A stretch of DNA of 64,000 nt from positions 56,303-120,302 of the forward strand of contig JBDRLL010000036.1 in the NCBI GenBank assembly GCA_043813075.1, given 5' to 3'. Source of the DNA: Candidatus Altiarchaeota archaeon (GTDB lineage Archaea; Altiarchaeota; Altiarchaeia; IMC4; SCGC-AAA252-I15). Shown here in pieces: positions 38,907-48,008 of this stretch. Numbering within the stretch: position 1 is the first letter of the stretch; every line of letters begins with the position of its first letter. A program made the position numbers and the translations under genes. The notes beneath the pieces are model-generated. The model made no database searches, was not told the origin of the DNA, and saw only the letters and a list, made by a program, of their open reading frames with translations.

Positions 38907-40745
38907 ATGGATATTGACTATGATAAACTCGGCTTCAAGTGCGGGATAGAGATACACCAGCAGTTGGACACGCACAAGCTTTTCTGCGAATGCCCTTCCA
39001 TCATACGGGAGGACACTCCAGACCTGACTGTGGAAAGGAGGATGAGGGCGGTGGCGGGAGAGCTCGGCAACTTCGACCCCGCGGCACTCCACGAATTCCT
39101 CAGGAACAGGACGCTTGAATACCAGGCTTACGAGGACACGAACTGCCTCGTGGAACTGGACGAGGAGCCGCCGCACCCTGTGAACGGCGAGGCCTTGGAC
39201 ACCGCAATCCAGGTGTCCCTGCTGCTTAAGGCAGACATCGTGGACGAGGTGAACGTGATGCGGAAGACGGTGATAGACGGCAGCAACACGTCAGGATTCC
39301 AGAGGACCATGCTGGTGGCGATGAACGGCAGGCTGGATACGAGCGAGGGGGAAGTGGGGATACCGACCGTCTGCCTGGAGGAGGATGCTGCGAGGATAAT
39401 AGACACGAAAGGGGGGAGAGTCGTCTACAGGCTTGACAGGCTCGGCATACCGCTCGTTGAGATCGCCACCGACCCGGACATAAAGAACCCCAGGCACGCG
39501 AGAGAAGTCGCAGAGAAGATAGGCTCCATACTCAGGGCGTGCAAGGTGAAGCGTGGCCTAGGCACGATAAGGCAGGACATAAACGTGAGCATAACAGGGG
39601 GAGAGCGGATTGAAGTGAAGGGCGTGCAGGACCTGAAGCTGATAAGCAAGGTGGTTGAAGGCGAAGTCGCGAGACAGCTCATGCTCATGGAAGTCAAGAA
39701 GGAGCTGGGTGAACGGGGAGCGGGGAAAAAGGATTATGACGTCAAGGCCGTTAACGTGACAGATACCTTCGGGGAGACAAAGTCCACCGTCATCCAGAAG
39801 GCTGTCGCATCAGGGGGGGTGGTGATGGCAGTCCGGCTCAGACACATGAAAGGCCTCCTGAAGGGTAGGCTGGGGCCCCAGCTGGCCCAGTACGTGAGGG
39901 GTTCCAGCAGCCTAAAAGGCCTGTTCCACGGGGACGAGCTGCCCGCGTACGGCGTGAGCCAGGAGGAGGTTGGGGCGGTGATGAAGAGCGTTAAGGCAGG
40001 TAAAGACGACTCGTATGCCATACTGTCCGGACCGGCGGGGGAGGTTGATAAGGCAGTTAAGGCCCTGGTGGGCAGGTGCGTGACCGCCCTAGAGTGCGTG
40101 CCTGAGGAGACGCGGAGGACTAGGGACGACGGTTCCACAGAATACATGAGGCCCCTGCCTGGTTCCGCGAGGATGTATCCTGAGACAGATGAGCCGCTTG
40201 TGGAACTGTCTGCAGAGCATGTGGGGGACTTGCGTGGGGGGCTTCCCGAATTGAGGGAGGACAAGGCCTCCCGCTTCGAGGAATTGGGCTTGAGCGGTGA
40301 ACTGGCCTCACAGCTATCGCGTTCGAGGGAGGCGGGATTGTTCGAGGAGCTTGCGGAGGAGTTTGGCGGTGTCCAGGCCACGCTTATCGCCACGACCATC
40401 ACGTCATACCCGAAGGAGGCTGGGAAGAGGTATGGAGTCGACGCGTCCGCGCTCAATGAAGATCATTATCATCAGATAATCAAGCTGATTTCGGACGGCA
40501 GGCTGAGCAAGAACGCTGTCGTGGAGTTGATAGCCAAGGTCGCGGAGAACCCTGGTGATGTGGTGGCGGAAGTCGCCGAGTCGAACAAGCTCACCATGAT
40601 GGGAGACGATGAGCTGAAGAGCATCATCGACAGGATACGCTCTGAAAACAAGGACGTTAAGCCAGGCCAGCTGATGGGGAAGGTTATGGCTGAAGTCAGG
40701 GGACGGGCGGACACCGAGAAGGTGAGGAAGCTGCTGGGCGTGTGA
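38907..40745 (+). CDS. gatE: Glutamyl-tRNA(Gln) amidotransferase subunit E
   Basis: GIEIHQQL, DEEPPH, DGSNTSGFQRT, GTIRQD, RPLPG.ARMYPETD. Confidence 0.96.
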   Translation: MDIDYDKLGFKCGIEIHQQLDTHKLFCECPSIIREDTPDLTVERRMRAVAGELGNFDPAALHEFLRNRTLEYQAYEDTNCLVELDEEPPHPVNGEALDTAIQVSLLLKADIVDEVNVMRKTVIDGSNTSGFQRTMLVAMNGRLDTSEGEVGIPTVCLEEDAARIIDTKGGRVVYRLDRLGIPLVEIATDPDIKNPRHAREVAEKIGSILRACKVKRGLGTIRQDINVSITGGERIEVKGVQDLKLISKVVEGEVARQLMLMEVKKELGERGAGKKDYDVKAVNVTDTFGETKSTVIQKAVASGGVVMAVRLRHMKGLLKGRLGPQLAQYVRGSSSLKGLFHGDELPAYGVSQEEVGAVMKSVKAGKDDSYAILSGPAGEVDKAVKALVGRCVTALECVPEETRRTRDDGSTEYMRPLPGSARMYPETDEPLVELSAEHVGDLRGGLPELREDKASRFEELGLSGELASQLSRSREAGLFEELAEEFGGVQATLIATTITSYPKEAGKRYGVDASALNEDHYHQIIKLISDGRLSKNAVVELIAKVAENPGDVVAEVAESNKLTMMGDDELKSIIDRIRSENKDVKPGQLMGKVMAEVRGRADTEKVRKLLGV

Positions 40746-40838
40746 GGAATATTTTTATTCAGATAATCAGAATCATATACAAGGCATTGTTTTCCCATTC
40801 TTTTTCCAGCCTTCCAATCCAGGAAAAAGAGGGGGATT

Positions 40839-41045
40839 ATGAGGATGGATTGGAGGAGGAATCTGTGGTATAGTGGCTGGCTGGCCCTGCTGCTGCTTTC
40901 ACTCGACTTCTGGAACTGGGGCAGCATAAGATACATGTTCTTCGGGATACCCTGCTGGGTGGTGTGCATGCTGATAATCACGGTACTCCTGTCCATGTAC
41001 TACCAGCTCTTCTCCAGGACAGTGTGGGGTGAAGACGATGATTGA
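40839..41045 (+). CDS. Small 2-TM partner of a solute:sodium symporter (DUF3311/DUF997-like)
   Basis: DFWNW...FGIP.W motif; overlaps the symporter start. Confidence 0.8.
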   Translation: MRMDWRRNLWYSGWLALLLLSLDFWNWGSIRYMFFGIPCWVVCMLIITVLLSMYYQLFSRTVWGEDDD

Positions 41046-42423
41046 CATCATCGCGGTCACATCATACCTGGTCCTGCTGCTGGCGATAGGATTCCTCAGC
41101 AAGAAGTACACGACGTCCAAACCGGAAGACTACTTCCTCGCCAGCCGGAGCTTCGGCAAGGTATTAATGCTCTCCACGATGGCTGCCACGAACTTCAGCG
41201 CATTCTTCTTCCTCGGGTTCGCGGGCGCAGCCTACAAGTACGGGTTCGGCCAGTACGGGATAATGGGTGTCGGAACCGCCCTCATGCCCATAATGTTCTA
41301 CGTCATAGGCAGGAAGGTGTGGAGGCTGGGGAAGGAGAGGGGGTACATAACTCCCGCAGAGCTTGTGGGAGACAGGCTCGGCTCAAGGAAGCTTAGGCTA
41401 TTGTTCATGGCAGTCATGGTGGCGTTCACGATACCGTACCTGGGCGTGCAGGCCATAGGCGCTGGACTCATGCTGAACCTGGTGCTAGGCATCTCCGTGA
41501 AGGTTGGCGCGGTCCTCGCGCTGACGATAATAACATTCTACATACTCCTCGGCGGCATGAGAGCGTCCTCGTGGACGGACGTGCTCCAGGGCGTGCTCAT
41601 GGTATTGGCGATACTTGCCGCAGTCTTCTTCGTCTCCAAAGGCCTGGGCGGGTTTGAGGCAGCCAACCTCAACGCCTTCGACAGGGCGCCGGAACTGTTC
41701 TCGCGTCCAGGCGGCGAAGGCTACTTCACCATGCAAGTGTGGCTGTCGTTCATGCTGTTGTGGGTGTTCGTGGACCCCATGTTCCCCCAATTGTTCAGCA
41801 GGTTCTACACTGCGCGGTCCGAGGAGTCCCTGAAGTTCAGCATGATAGCGTACCCCCTGGTCATCGCGTTAATGTTCTTCTCGGTCGTGCTGATCGGCGT
41901 GTGGGCGAGGGGCATAGACTATGAAGGCGCGCCAGACCAGGTGCTGCCGTACATGGTGAAGGCTTACGCGCCGGAATGGGTTTTCGCCCTCGTCATGGTG
42001 GGCGCGCTGGCAGCCCTGATGTCCACCGCAGACTCCCAACTGCTCGCGCTCTCAACCATGCTGAGCCACGACCTCGAGCTAAGCAACGAGGTCTGGAAGA
42101 GCAGGCTAATATCCTTCACCATAAGCATGGCAGCGCTAGCATACATAATACTAGGCTTCGACCCTGCCGCAGGCATATTCGGGACGCTCGTGAAGACCAC
42201 GTTCAGCGGCCTGGTGGTACTCTTCCCGGCGACTTATGTGGCATTGTACAGGCCGAAGACGAGCGCTCTCGCTGTTGGCGCGTCCATAATACTGGGGGAG
42301 GTTTCGATAGTATTGTTCCAGTGGGGGTGGCTGCCGACCTACGGGTTCCTGGATGGAATGCTCGCCCTCCTTGTCTCAGCGGCAGCCATATTTGTCTTAG
42401 ACCCTTTCACCAGGAGAAAGTGA
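41029..42423 (+). CDS. Sodium:solute symporter (PanF/PutP-like)
   Basis: DYFLA.R, SAF.FLG, GGMRA..WTD.LQG, AA.MST.DSQLL. Confidence 0.93.
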   Translation: MKTMIDIIAVTSYLVLLLAIGFLSKKYTTSKPEDYFLASRSFGKVLMLSTMAATNFSAFFFLGFAGAAYKYGFGQYGIMGVGTALMPIMFYVIGRKVWRLGKERGYITPAELVGDRLGSRKLRLLFMAVMVAFTIPYLGVQAIGAGLMLNLVLGISVKVGAVLALTIITFYILLGGMRASSWTDVLQGVLMVLAILAAVFFVSKGLGGFEAANLNAFDRAPELFSRPGGEGYFTMQVWLSFMLLWVFVDPMFPQLFSRFYTARSEESLKFSMIAYPLVIALMFFSVVLIGVWARGIDYEGAPDQVLPYMVKAYAPEWVFALVMVGALAALMSTADSQLLALSTMLSHDLELSNEVWKSRLISFTISMAALAYIILGFDPAAGIFGTLVKTTFSGLVVLFPATYVALYRPKTSALAVGASIILGEVSIVLFQWGWLPTYGFLDGMLALLVSAAAIFVLDPFTRRK

Positions 42424-42455
42424 TTTAAATCGAGAACGGGTACGGCTTCACCACC

Positions 42456-42545
42456 ATGGGAGCCATAGTTCTGCTACTACTGATCGCATACGGGGCCTAC
42501 CACCTCCTGAAGAAGAGGAAGAAGAAGGAGGGGGGGAAACCCTAG
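42456..42545 (+). CDS. Putative 29-aa single-TM microprotein or gene remnant
   Basis: MGAIVLLLLIAYGAYHLLKKRKKKEGGKP*; stop overlaps the convergent toprim gene stop. Confidence 0.45.
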   Translation: MGAIVLLLLIAYGAYHLLKKRKKKEGGKP

Positions 42546-42883
42546 TCAACCATACTGTCGAGGCCTTCCACGTGGGAGAACCGCATCCTGGCGAAAATCT
42601 CCCTGGGCCGCACATCCTCCCGTATGCCATAGAGGTTGAAGAGCTTGTGCAGCTTCTTGCGCAATATCTTCCCCTGCTGGTCCATGTCAGTCAGCACTAT
42701 AACCTCATCATACTCCTGAAGGGCCTCCACAACATCCAGGAGCGAAGCACCCCGATTCAACTCCACGACAGGCTCAGACACGCCCAGCCTCTCCAATGCT
42801 TCACGATCCTTACGGCCCTCCACGATAATCGGCTTGCCCAGGGACTCCAGGAATTCAGGCAACAAATCCAGACGAGACTCCAT
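42542..42883 (-). CDS. Stand-alone TOPRIM domain protein (RNase M5/small primase-like)
   Basis: IIVEGRKD..AL and LTDMD..G motifs; ATG at 42883. Confidence 0.85.
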   Translation of the reverse strand: MESRLDLLPEFLESLGKPIIVEGRKDREALERLGVSEPVVELNRGASLLDVVEALQEYDEVIVLTDMDQQGKILRKKLHKLFNLYGIREDVRPREIFARMRFSHVEGLDSMVD

Positions 42884-42985
42884 GAACAATAATGAGAATG
42901 GAAAGGGAAAAAACATCTTGCCCGTGGCGTATGATGTTCTTAACACTGTTTGACTCAAACACCAAAATCCTTGTGTGACTGCCTA

Positions 42986-43028
42986 GTTTGATAACAGAAC
43001 AGCGTTTGATAACACTGGTGTTATTAAA
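42986..43028. repeat. Direct plus inverted repeat cluster
   Basis: GTTTGATAACA at 42986-96 and 43004-14; TTTGATAACAC-TG-GTGTTATTAAA quasi-palindrome 43005-28 (1 mismatch). Confidence 0.7.
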
Positions 43029-43138
43029 GCGCGCTTATCAGTAGCCCTGGATATTTTTTGTGAGCATTAATATGTTGTTTTTTATACTTTAGTAAATACT
43101 GCACGATTTCTGGCAGGATATGAAAAATACAAATAACG

Positions 43139-43705
43139 ATGGATAAATTAAAAACACTCTACGTGAGCAATAGGAAGGACTGGCGTAGATGGCTTAAAAA
43201 AAATTTCGACAAAGAAGCCGAAGTCTGGCTGGCGTATCCTAAAAAATCCTCTGGAAAACCAAGAATAGAGTACAATGATGCTGTTGAGGAGGCATTATGT
43301 TTTGGGTGGATTGACAGCATTGTCAAATCTTTAGATAAAGAAAACAGTATTCAGAGGTTTTCTCCAAGAAACCCCAAAAGCACTTATTCTCAGCAAAACA
43401 AGGAAAGAATAAAATGGCTTTTAGAACATGATATGATTCATTCTTCAATGCTTGAAAAAGCGGAAGAGATTGCTTCACAAAAGTTTGTTTTTCCAAAAGA
43501 TATTCTTGAATCCATAAAGACGGATAAAGTTGCATTGAAAAATTACAATAAGTTTTCAGATCCATATAAAAGAATTCGCATAGCTTATATCGATGCTGCG
43601 CGTAAGCGCCCTGAAGAATTCACAAAACGCCTTGCTAATTTTATTAACAAAACACGGCAAGGAAAAATGATAAAAGGCTATGGAGGAATAGACAAATACT
43701 ATTAA
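43139..43705 (+). CDS. YdeI/OmpD-associated (bacteriocin-protection) family protein
   Basis: WR.WL, Y.DAVEEALCFGWIDS, RFSPR.PKS, I..A.KRPE...KRL; lies in an AT-rich island. Confidence 0.9.
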   Translation: MDKLKTLYVSNRKDWRRWLKKNFDKEAEVWLAYPKKSSGKPRIEYNDAVEEALCFGWIDSIVKSLDKENSIQRFSPRNPKSTYSQQNKERIKWLLEHDMIHSSMLEKAEEIASQKFVFPKDILESIKTDKVALKNYNKFSDPYKRIRIAYIDAARKRPEEFTKRLANFINKTRQGKMIKGYGGIDKYY

Positions 43706-44270
43706 CACCATCCGAAATGATAGGTGAAATGCCATGAATTGGATTTGGCAGTTACAGGCTTTGTTGGTTGCGTTTTTCATATTTTAAAGTTGGTTTCGTA
43801 TTAATAGAAAGTCGGGAAAACGCTATATTTCCTAAGCGTGTCAACAAGTCAGTACCCGAAAAAGAGCAAAGCTCTTTTTGGGCCACACTCCAGCAAGGCT
43901 GGAGCGACTGGTTTGACACTAAGCGGGAAATATCCGTTGAAGCTCTGATTTGGTTGATTCGCCAAATACGGCTTACATGAGCTGAATACAAGGGTTTTTA
44001 CCTAACAAGCACATAAATAACCGACATATGAAAAACGCCCGAAAACGGGTAGAATGGATAAAAACATCCTGAGCAAAAGTTATGCCTTGAGTATAGGAGG
44101 GCTGAGTCAGGAGCATTTTTCTCCGATTTCGGCGATAATCCCAGGATTTCAGGGGATTGGGTCCCTCCGCCCGCACACACATAGTTTTTATGCAAATCTG
44201 TGGTCATTTTCACCTTTTTAAATGATTATTCACATTATTTAGTATATGCTGTATATACGGTTGATGTAGG

Positions 44271-44771
44271 ATGTCTGGGGTTGTCTGTGAGGTTCGGGAG
44301 GAGGTTACGCGGCATTACGCGGGAATCTTTGAGGAGATGGGCCTTAGTTCTACGATGATTGACATCTACATGTCCCTGTTCTTCTCCAAGGAGCCGATGG
44401 GCCTGCAGGAGATTGCTGGAGATACGGGTTATAGCGTGTCGACGGTGTGTAATACCATAGACTTGCTCGTCAAGTATACTGACGTCCGGAAGTTCAAGAA
44501 GCCTGGCAGCAAGAAGATATACTACGAGTGCACGCACGACATAAAAAAGGCGATGCGGAATAAGATTAGCGGACACCAGGACATGATCAGGGGCCTTATT
44601 AACGTGCTCAAGGAGTCTGAGGAGAAGCTGGTTGGGGATGATGACCCTGACGCGGAGAGGATAAGGGGGGATATCGGGAAGCTCAGGAAGGATTATGAGA
44701 AGATTGATAAGATAATCTCGCTATTAATAACAATGAAGCTTATCGACAAGTCGATGGAAGATGATGGATAG
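44271..44771 (+). CDS. GbsR/MarR-like winged-helix transcriptional regulator
   Basis: PMGL.EIA..TGYS.STV, KKPGSKKIYY, C-terminal coiled coil. Confidence 0.85.
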   Translation: MSGVVCEVREEVTRHYAGIFEEMGLSSTMIDIYMSLFFSKEPMGLQEIAGDTGYSVSTVCNTIDLLVKYTDVRKFKKPGSKKIYYECTHDIKKAMRNKISGHQDMIRGLINVLKESEEKLVGDDDPDAERIRGDIGKLRKDYEKIDKIISLLITMKLIDKSMEDDG

Positions 44772-45468
44772 TAAGCCGTGCAAGGAGGAGCCGATAATAA
44801 GGCTGGAGGACGTGTGGAAGATATACCGGATGGGTGAGGTCGAGGTCCCGGCCCTGAGGGGGCTGACGATGAGCATATACCCGTGCGAGTTCGTCGCGAT
44901 AATGGGGCCGTCAGGCAGCGGTAAGAGCACTGCCATGAACATGGTCGGCTGCCTTGACGTGCCGACGAGGGGGCACATATACCTGGAGGACAGGGACATC
45001 GCGGAGCTGGAGGAGTCGGACCTCGCGCAGATACGGGGCAGGAAGATAGGGTTCATATTCCAGCAGTTCAACCTGATTTCAAACCTCACTGCGCTGGAGA
45101 ACGTGGCTATGCCCATGATATTCCAGGACATGCCGTCCCTGACCAGGGAAAAACGGGCTACTGAACTATTGAAGGCCGTCGGCCTGGGGGACAGGATGCA
45201 CCACAGGCCCAACGAGCTTTCCGGCGGACAGCAGCAGAGGGTGGCTATAGCAAGGTCTCTCGCCAACGATCCTGACGTGGTGTTGGCTGACGAGCCGACT
45301 GGGAACCTGGATTCGAAGAGCGGGGGGGAGATTATGGAGATGCTGACGAGGCTGCACAAGGAGGAGAACAAGACTATTATCATGGTAACACACGACGCTA
45401 AGCTTGCGGAATACGCTGGCAGGATAGTCGGTATAAAAGACGGGAAAGTAGTTGAAGGAGGTAAATGA
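44761..45468 (+). CDS. ABC transporter ATP-binding protein (MacB/LolD type)
   Basis: GPSGSGKST, LSGGQQQR, LADEPTGNLD, VTHD. Confidence 0.95.
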   Translation: MMDSKPCKEEPIIRLEDVWKIYRMGEVEVPALRGLTMSIYPCEFVAIMGPSGSGKSTAMNMVGCLDVPTRGHIYLEDRDIAELEESDLAQIRGRKIGFIFQQFNLISNLTALENVAMPMIFQDMPSLTREKRATELLKAVGLGDRMHHRPNELSGGQQQRVAIARSLANDPDVVLADEPTGNLDSKSGGEIMEMLTRLHKEENKTIIMVTHDAKLAEYAGRIVGIKDGKVVEGGK

Positions 45469-46772
45469 AGATGAAGAGGATGTTATTGGTTTTTGGATTA
45501 ATGATGCTGGCCGCACACTGTGCGGCAGGACAGCTGCTGGTGGATTCACTATCAACGAATCCGAGCTACATAGAGGCTGGAGACAATGTTGACGTTTACG
45601 TTAAGTTCCACGAGGACCCTAGCACGTGGAAGCTGACTTCAGTCAAGTCGTCGAGCGGAGAGCGGATACCTGTCGGGAAGGACAAGGACGTGTATTACGT
45701 GTCTCGGATATCTGCTGCAGACGACATCAGCAGGCAGTACCTCATACTCAAGATAGGGGAGAGGGATGTGGGACACCTGTACTACGGGGAAAGCTGGACG
45801 ACGCCCTTCGAGATAAAGGTGAAGGACACCGCGCCTGAAGGCATATACGGGCTGGAATTCCAGATTGTGGAGACTAATATCGCCAAGACAGCCCCCTATG
45901 AGGTGGTTATGACAAAGAGGTTCAACCTGACTGTTGAAGGCAACCCGAAGCTGGCGATAACGTCTGACAGCGAGCTGACTGCCGGTGAGACCGAGAAGTT
46001 CAAGGTGTCGGTAAGCAATGTCGGCGGCGGGATAGCCAAGCACGTGACCGTTGAGTTGAATGCGACAGACCCGCTCACAGTATTGAAGTCGTCCAGCACC
46101 TACGTGGGCGACATGTCTGGGAGGACGTTCAAGGACCTGTCCTACGAGCTTCACGTGGACAGTGCCGCGACACCCAAGGCCTACACCATACCGGTTGACA
46201 TAAGGTATACTGACAGGAACGGCGTGGACCAGACGGTGAAGAAGAATCTGGGCGTCAAGGTCGCTGGCATGCCGATGGTCACTGCGAGCCTGGAGGAGTT
46301 CGAGGACTTCAAGGCGGGCACCACAGGGAAGGTCACCGTCAGCGTCATAAACAAGGGCTTCATAGACGCGAAATTCCTTTCAGTCCAGATGCTGGACACC
46401 GACGACTACACTGTGACGTCGAACAGCGACATATACATAGGCAACCTGGCTTCAGACGACTTTGAGACAGAGGACTTCACCGTGAAAGTGGCTGAAGGGG
46501 TCTCAGGGAAGATGCCGTTGAAGGTGAAGGTTTCGTACACCGAGGAGAACAACAACCAGATGCACGTCGAGGAGAGGAAGCTTGAGATGAACGTCATGTC
46601 AGACGATGAGTACTACAAGCAGCATCCGAAGACGAACGGCACGCAACAGCTGGTGAGTGCTGTGATGCTGTTGCCGGCGATAGTGGTGGCGTACATCGTG
46701 CTGTGGCTGCTGTTCAAGATAGTCGGCGCGATAACAGGCTTCATCGACAGGAAGATATTCAGGAGAACATAG
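45465..46772 (+). CDS. COG1361-like surface protein (signal peptide, Ig-like repeats, C-terminal TM)
   Basis: Repeated V.N.G...A..V, YVG/YIG.L and Y.IPV.I.Y patterns; located inside the ABC cassette. Confidence 0.8.
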   Translation: MKMKRMLLVFGLMMLAAHCAAGQLLVDSLSTNPSYIEAGDNVDVYVKFHEDPSTWKLTSVKSSSGERIPVGKDKDVYYVSRISAADDISRQYLILKIGERDVGHLYYGESWTTPFEIKVKDTAPEGIYGLEFQIVETNIAKTAPYEVVMTKRFNLTVEGNPKLAITSDSELTAGETEKFKVSVSNVGGGIAKHVTVELNATDPLTVLKSSSTYVGDMSGRTFKDLSYELHVDSAATPKAYTIPVDIRYTDRNGVDQTVKKNLGVKVAGMPMVTASLEEFEDFKAGTTGKVTVSVINKGFIDAKFLSVQMLDTDDYTVTSNSDIYIGNLASDDFETEDFTVKVAEGVSGKMPLKVKVSYTEENNNQMHVEERKLEMNVMSDDEYYKQHPKTNGTQQLVSAVMLLPAIVVAYIVLWLLFKIVGAITGFIDRKIFRRT

Positions 46773-46776
46773 GGAT

Positions 46777-48006
46777 ATGATAGCCGACTACGTCAGGTTC
46801 GCCCTGCACAGCCTGACGAACCGGGGCCTCCGCAGCTGGCTGACTATGCTGGGGATATTCGTGGGCATAGCCGCGGTAGTCTCCCTCATAAGCCTCGGGC
46901 AGGGCCTGCAGGACTACATCAACGGGGAGTTCGAGAAGGTGGGCGCCAACAGGATAATCATCACCCCCGGGGGGGGAGGTGGTGGCGTCATTGCCATGGG
47001 CGCCTCCCAGATTTCTTCAGCGAAGCTGACTGACGAAGACCTGGGTTTGATACTGGGGGTTAGGGGCGTGGACTCCGGCGCAGGCATGGCCCGCAAGACG
47101 ATTGACGTTGAATTCAAGGGCGAGTCAAAGTCGGTCTACGTTTTTGGGGCGGACTTCGGGCCGGAGTCGCTGGAGTACATGAAGACCATAGACTACATGA
47201 TCGTTGATGAAGGAAGGTACCTGACGCCGCAGGAGAATTACAAGGCGATAATCGCCAGGCCGCTGGCTGAGGACGGCTTCGACAAGGAGGTCAAGAGGGG
47301 GGATAAGGTGAAGGTTAATGGCCAGGACTTTGAGATAGTGGGCTTCACTAAGGTGGCCGGGAACCCGGCGCACGACAACAAGATTGTCATACCCATAGAC
47401 ACGCTCAGGGGGATGTACGGGATGGGTGACGAGCTGGCTATGATAACCGTTAGGGTGGGTGACGGCTTCAACGTGTCTGAGGTGGCTGACAACATGAAGC
47501 GGAAGCTGAGGAGAAGCCACAACCTCGATGAGGGTGAGGAGGACTTCACTGTCCAGACTTCGGAGCAGATGATGGAGAGCTTCAACGCCATACTGGGGGT
47601 GGTCCAGGTTGTGTTGTCTGGCATAGCGTCGATATCGCTGATAGTCGGCGGCCTGGGCATCATGACCACCATGTACACGAGCGTCCTGGAGAGGACCAGT
47701 CAGATAGGCATAATGAAGGCTGTGGGCGCCAGGAACAGGGACATACTCATGCTGTTCCTCGTCGAGTCCGGGATACTCGGCATGATGGGGGGGATTATCG
47801 GCGTGCTCTTCGGGCTTGGCATAAGTTTTGGCGCATCCTATGTGTCTGAGACGTACTATGACACTGAGATGCTTAAGGCCTCGGCGGACGCCAGCCTGAT
47901 AGTTGGCGCGCTCGCATTCAGCTTCATAGTGGGGTGCGTTTCAGGGGTAATGCCGTCCATGAAGGCTGCGAACATGAGGCCTGTGGACGCGATAAGGAAG
48001 AAGTAA
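46777..48006 (+). CDS. ABC transporter permease (MacB/FtsX type) 1
   Basis: RSWLTMLGIFVGIAAVV, SVLERT.QIG.MKAVGA, P..KAA.M.PVDA. Confidence 0.93.
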   Translation: MIADYVRFALHSLTNRGLRSWLTMLGIFVGIAAVVSLISLGQGLQDYINGEFEKVGANRIIITPGGGGGGVIAMGASQISSAKLTDEDLGLILGVRGVDSGAGMARKTIDVEFKGESKSVYVFGADFGPESLEYMKTIDYMIVDEGRYLTPQENYKAIIARPLAEDGFDKEVKRGDKVKVNGQDFEIVGFTKVAGNPAHDNKIVIPIDTLRGMYGMGDELAMITVRVGDGFNVSEVADNMKRKLRRSHNLDEGEEDFTVQTSEQMMESFNAILGVVQVVLSGIASISLIVGGLGIMTTMYTSVLERTSQIGIMKAVGARNRDILMLFLVESGILGMMGGIIGVLFGLGISFGASYVSETYYDTEMLKASADASLIVGALAFSFIVGCVSGVMPSMKAANMRPVDAIRKK

Positions 48007-48008
48007 AG

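Noticed and set aside
44000-44085. Integron attC site (ACCTAAC ... GTTATGC)
   Set aside because: Ends only partly complementary, no matching L boxes, far from the YdeI stop, and no integrase in the window
43706-44230. Short ORFs or a recognisable pseudogene downstream of the YdeI gene
   Set aside because: No convincing protein motif in the frames read by eye; needs BLASTX
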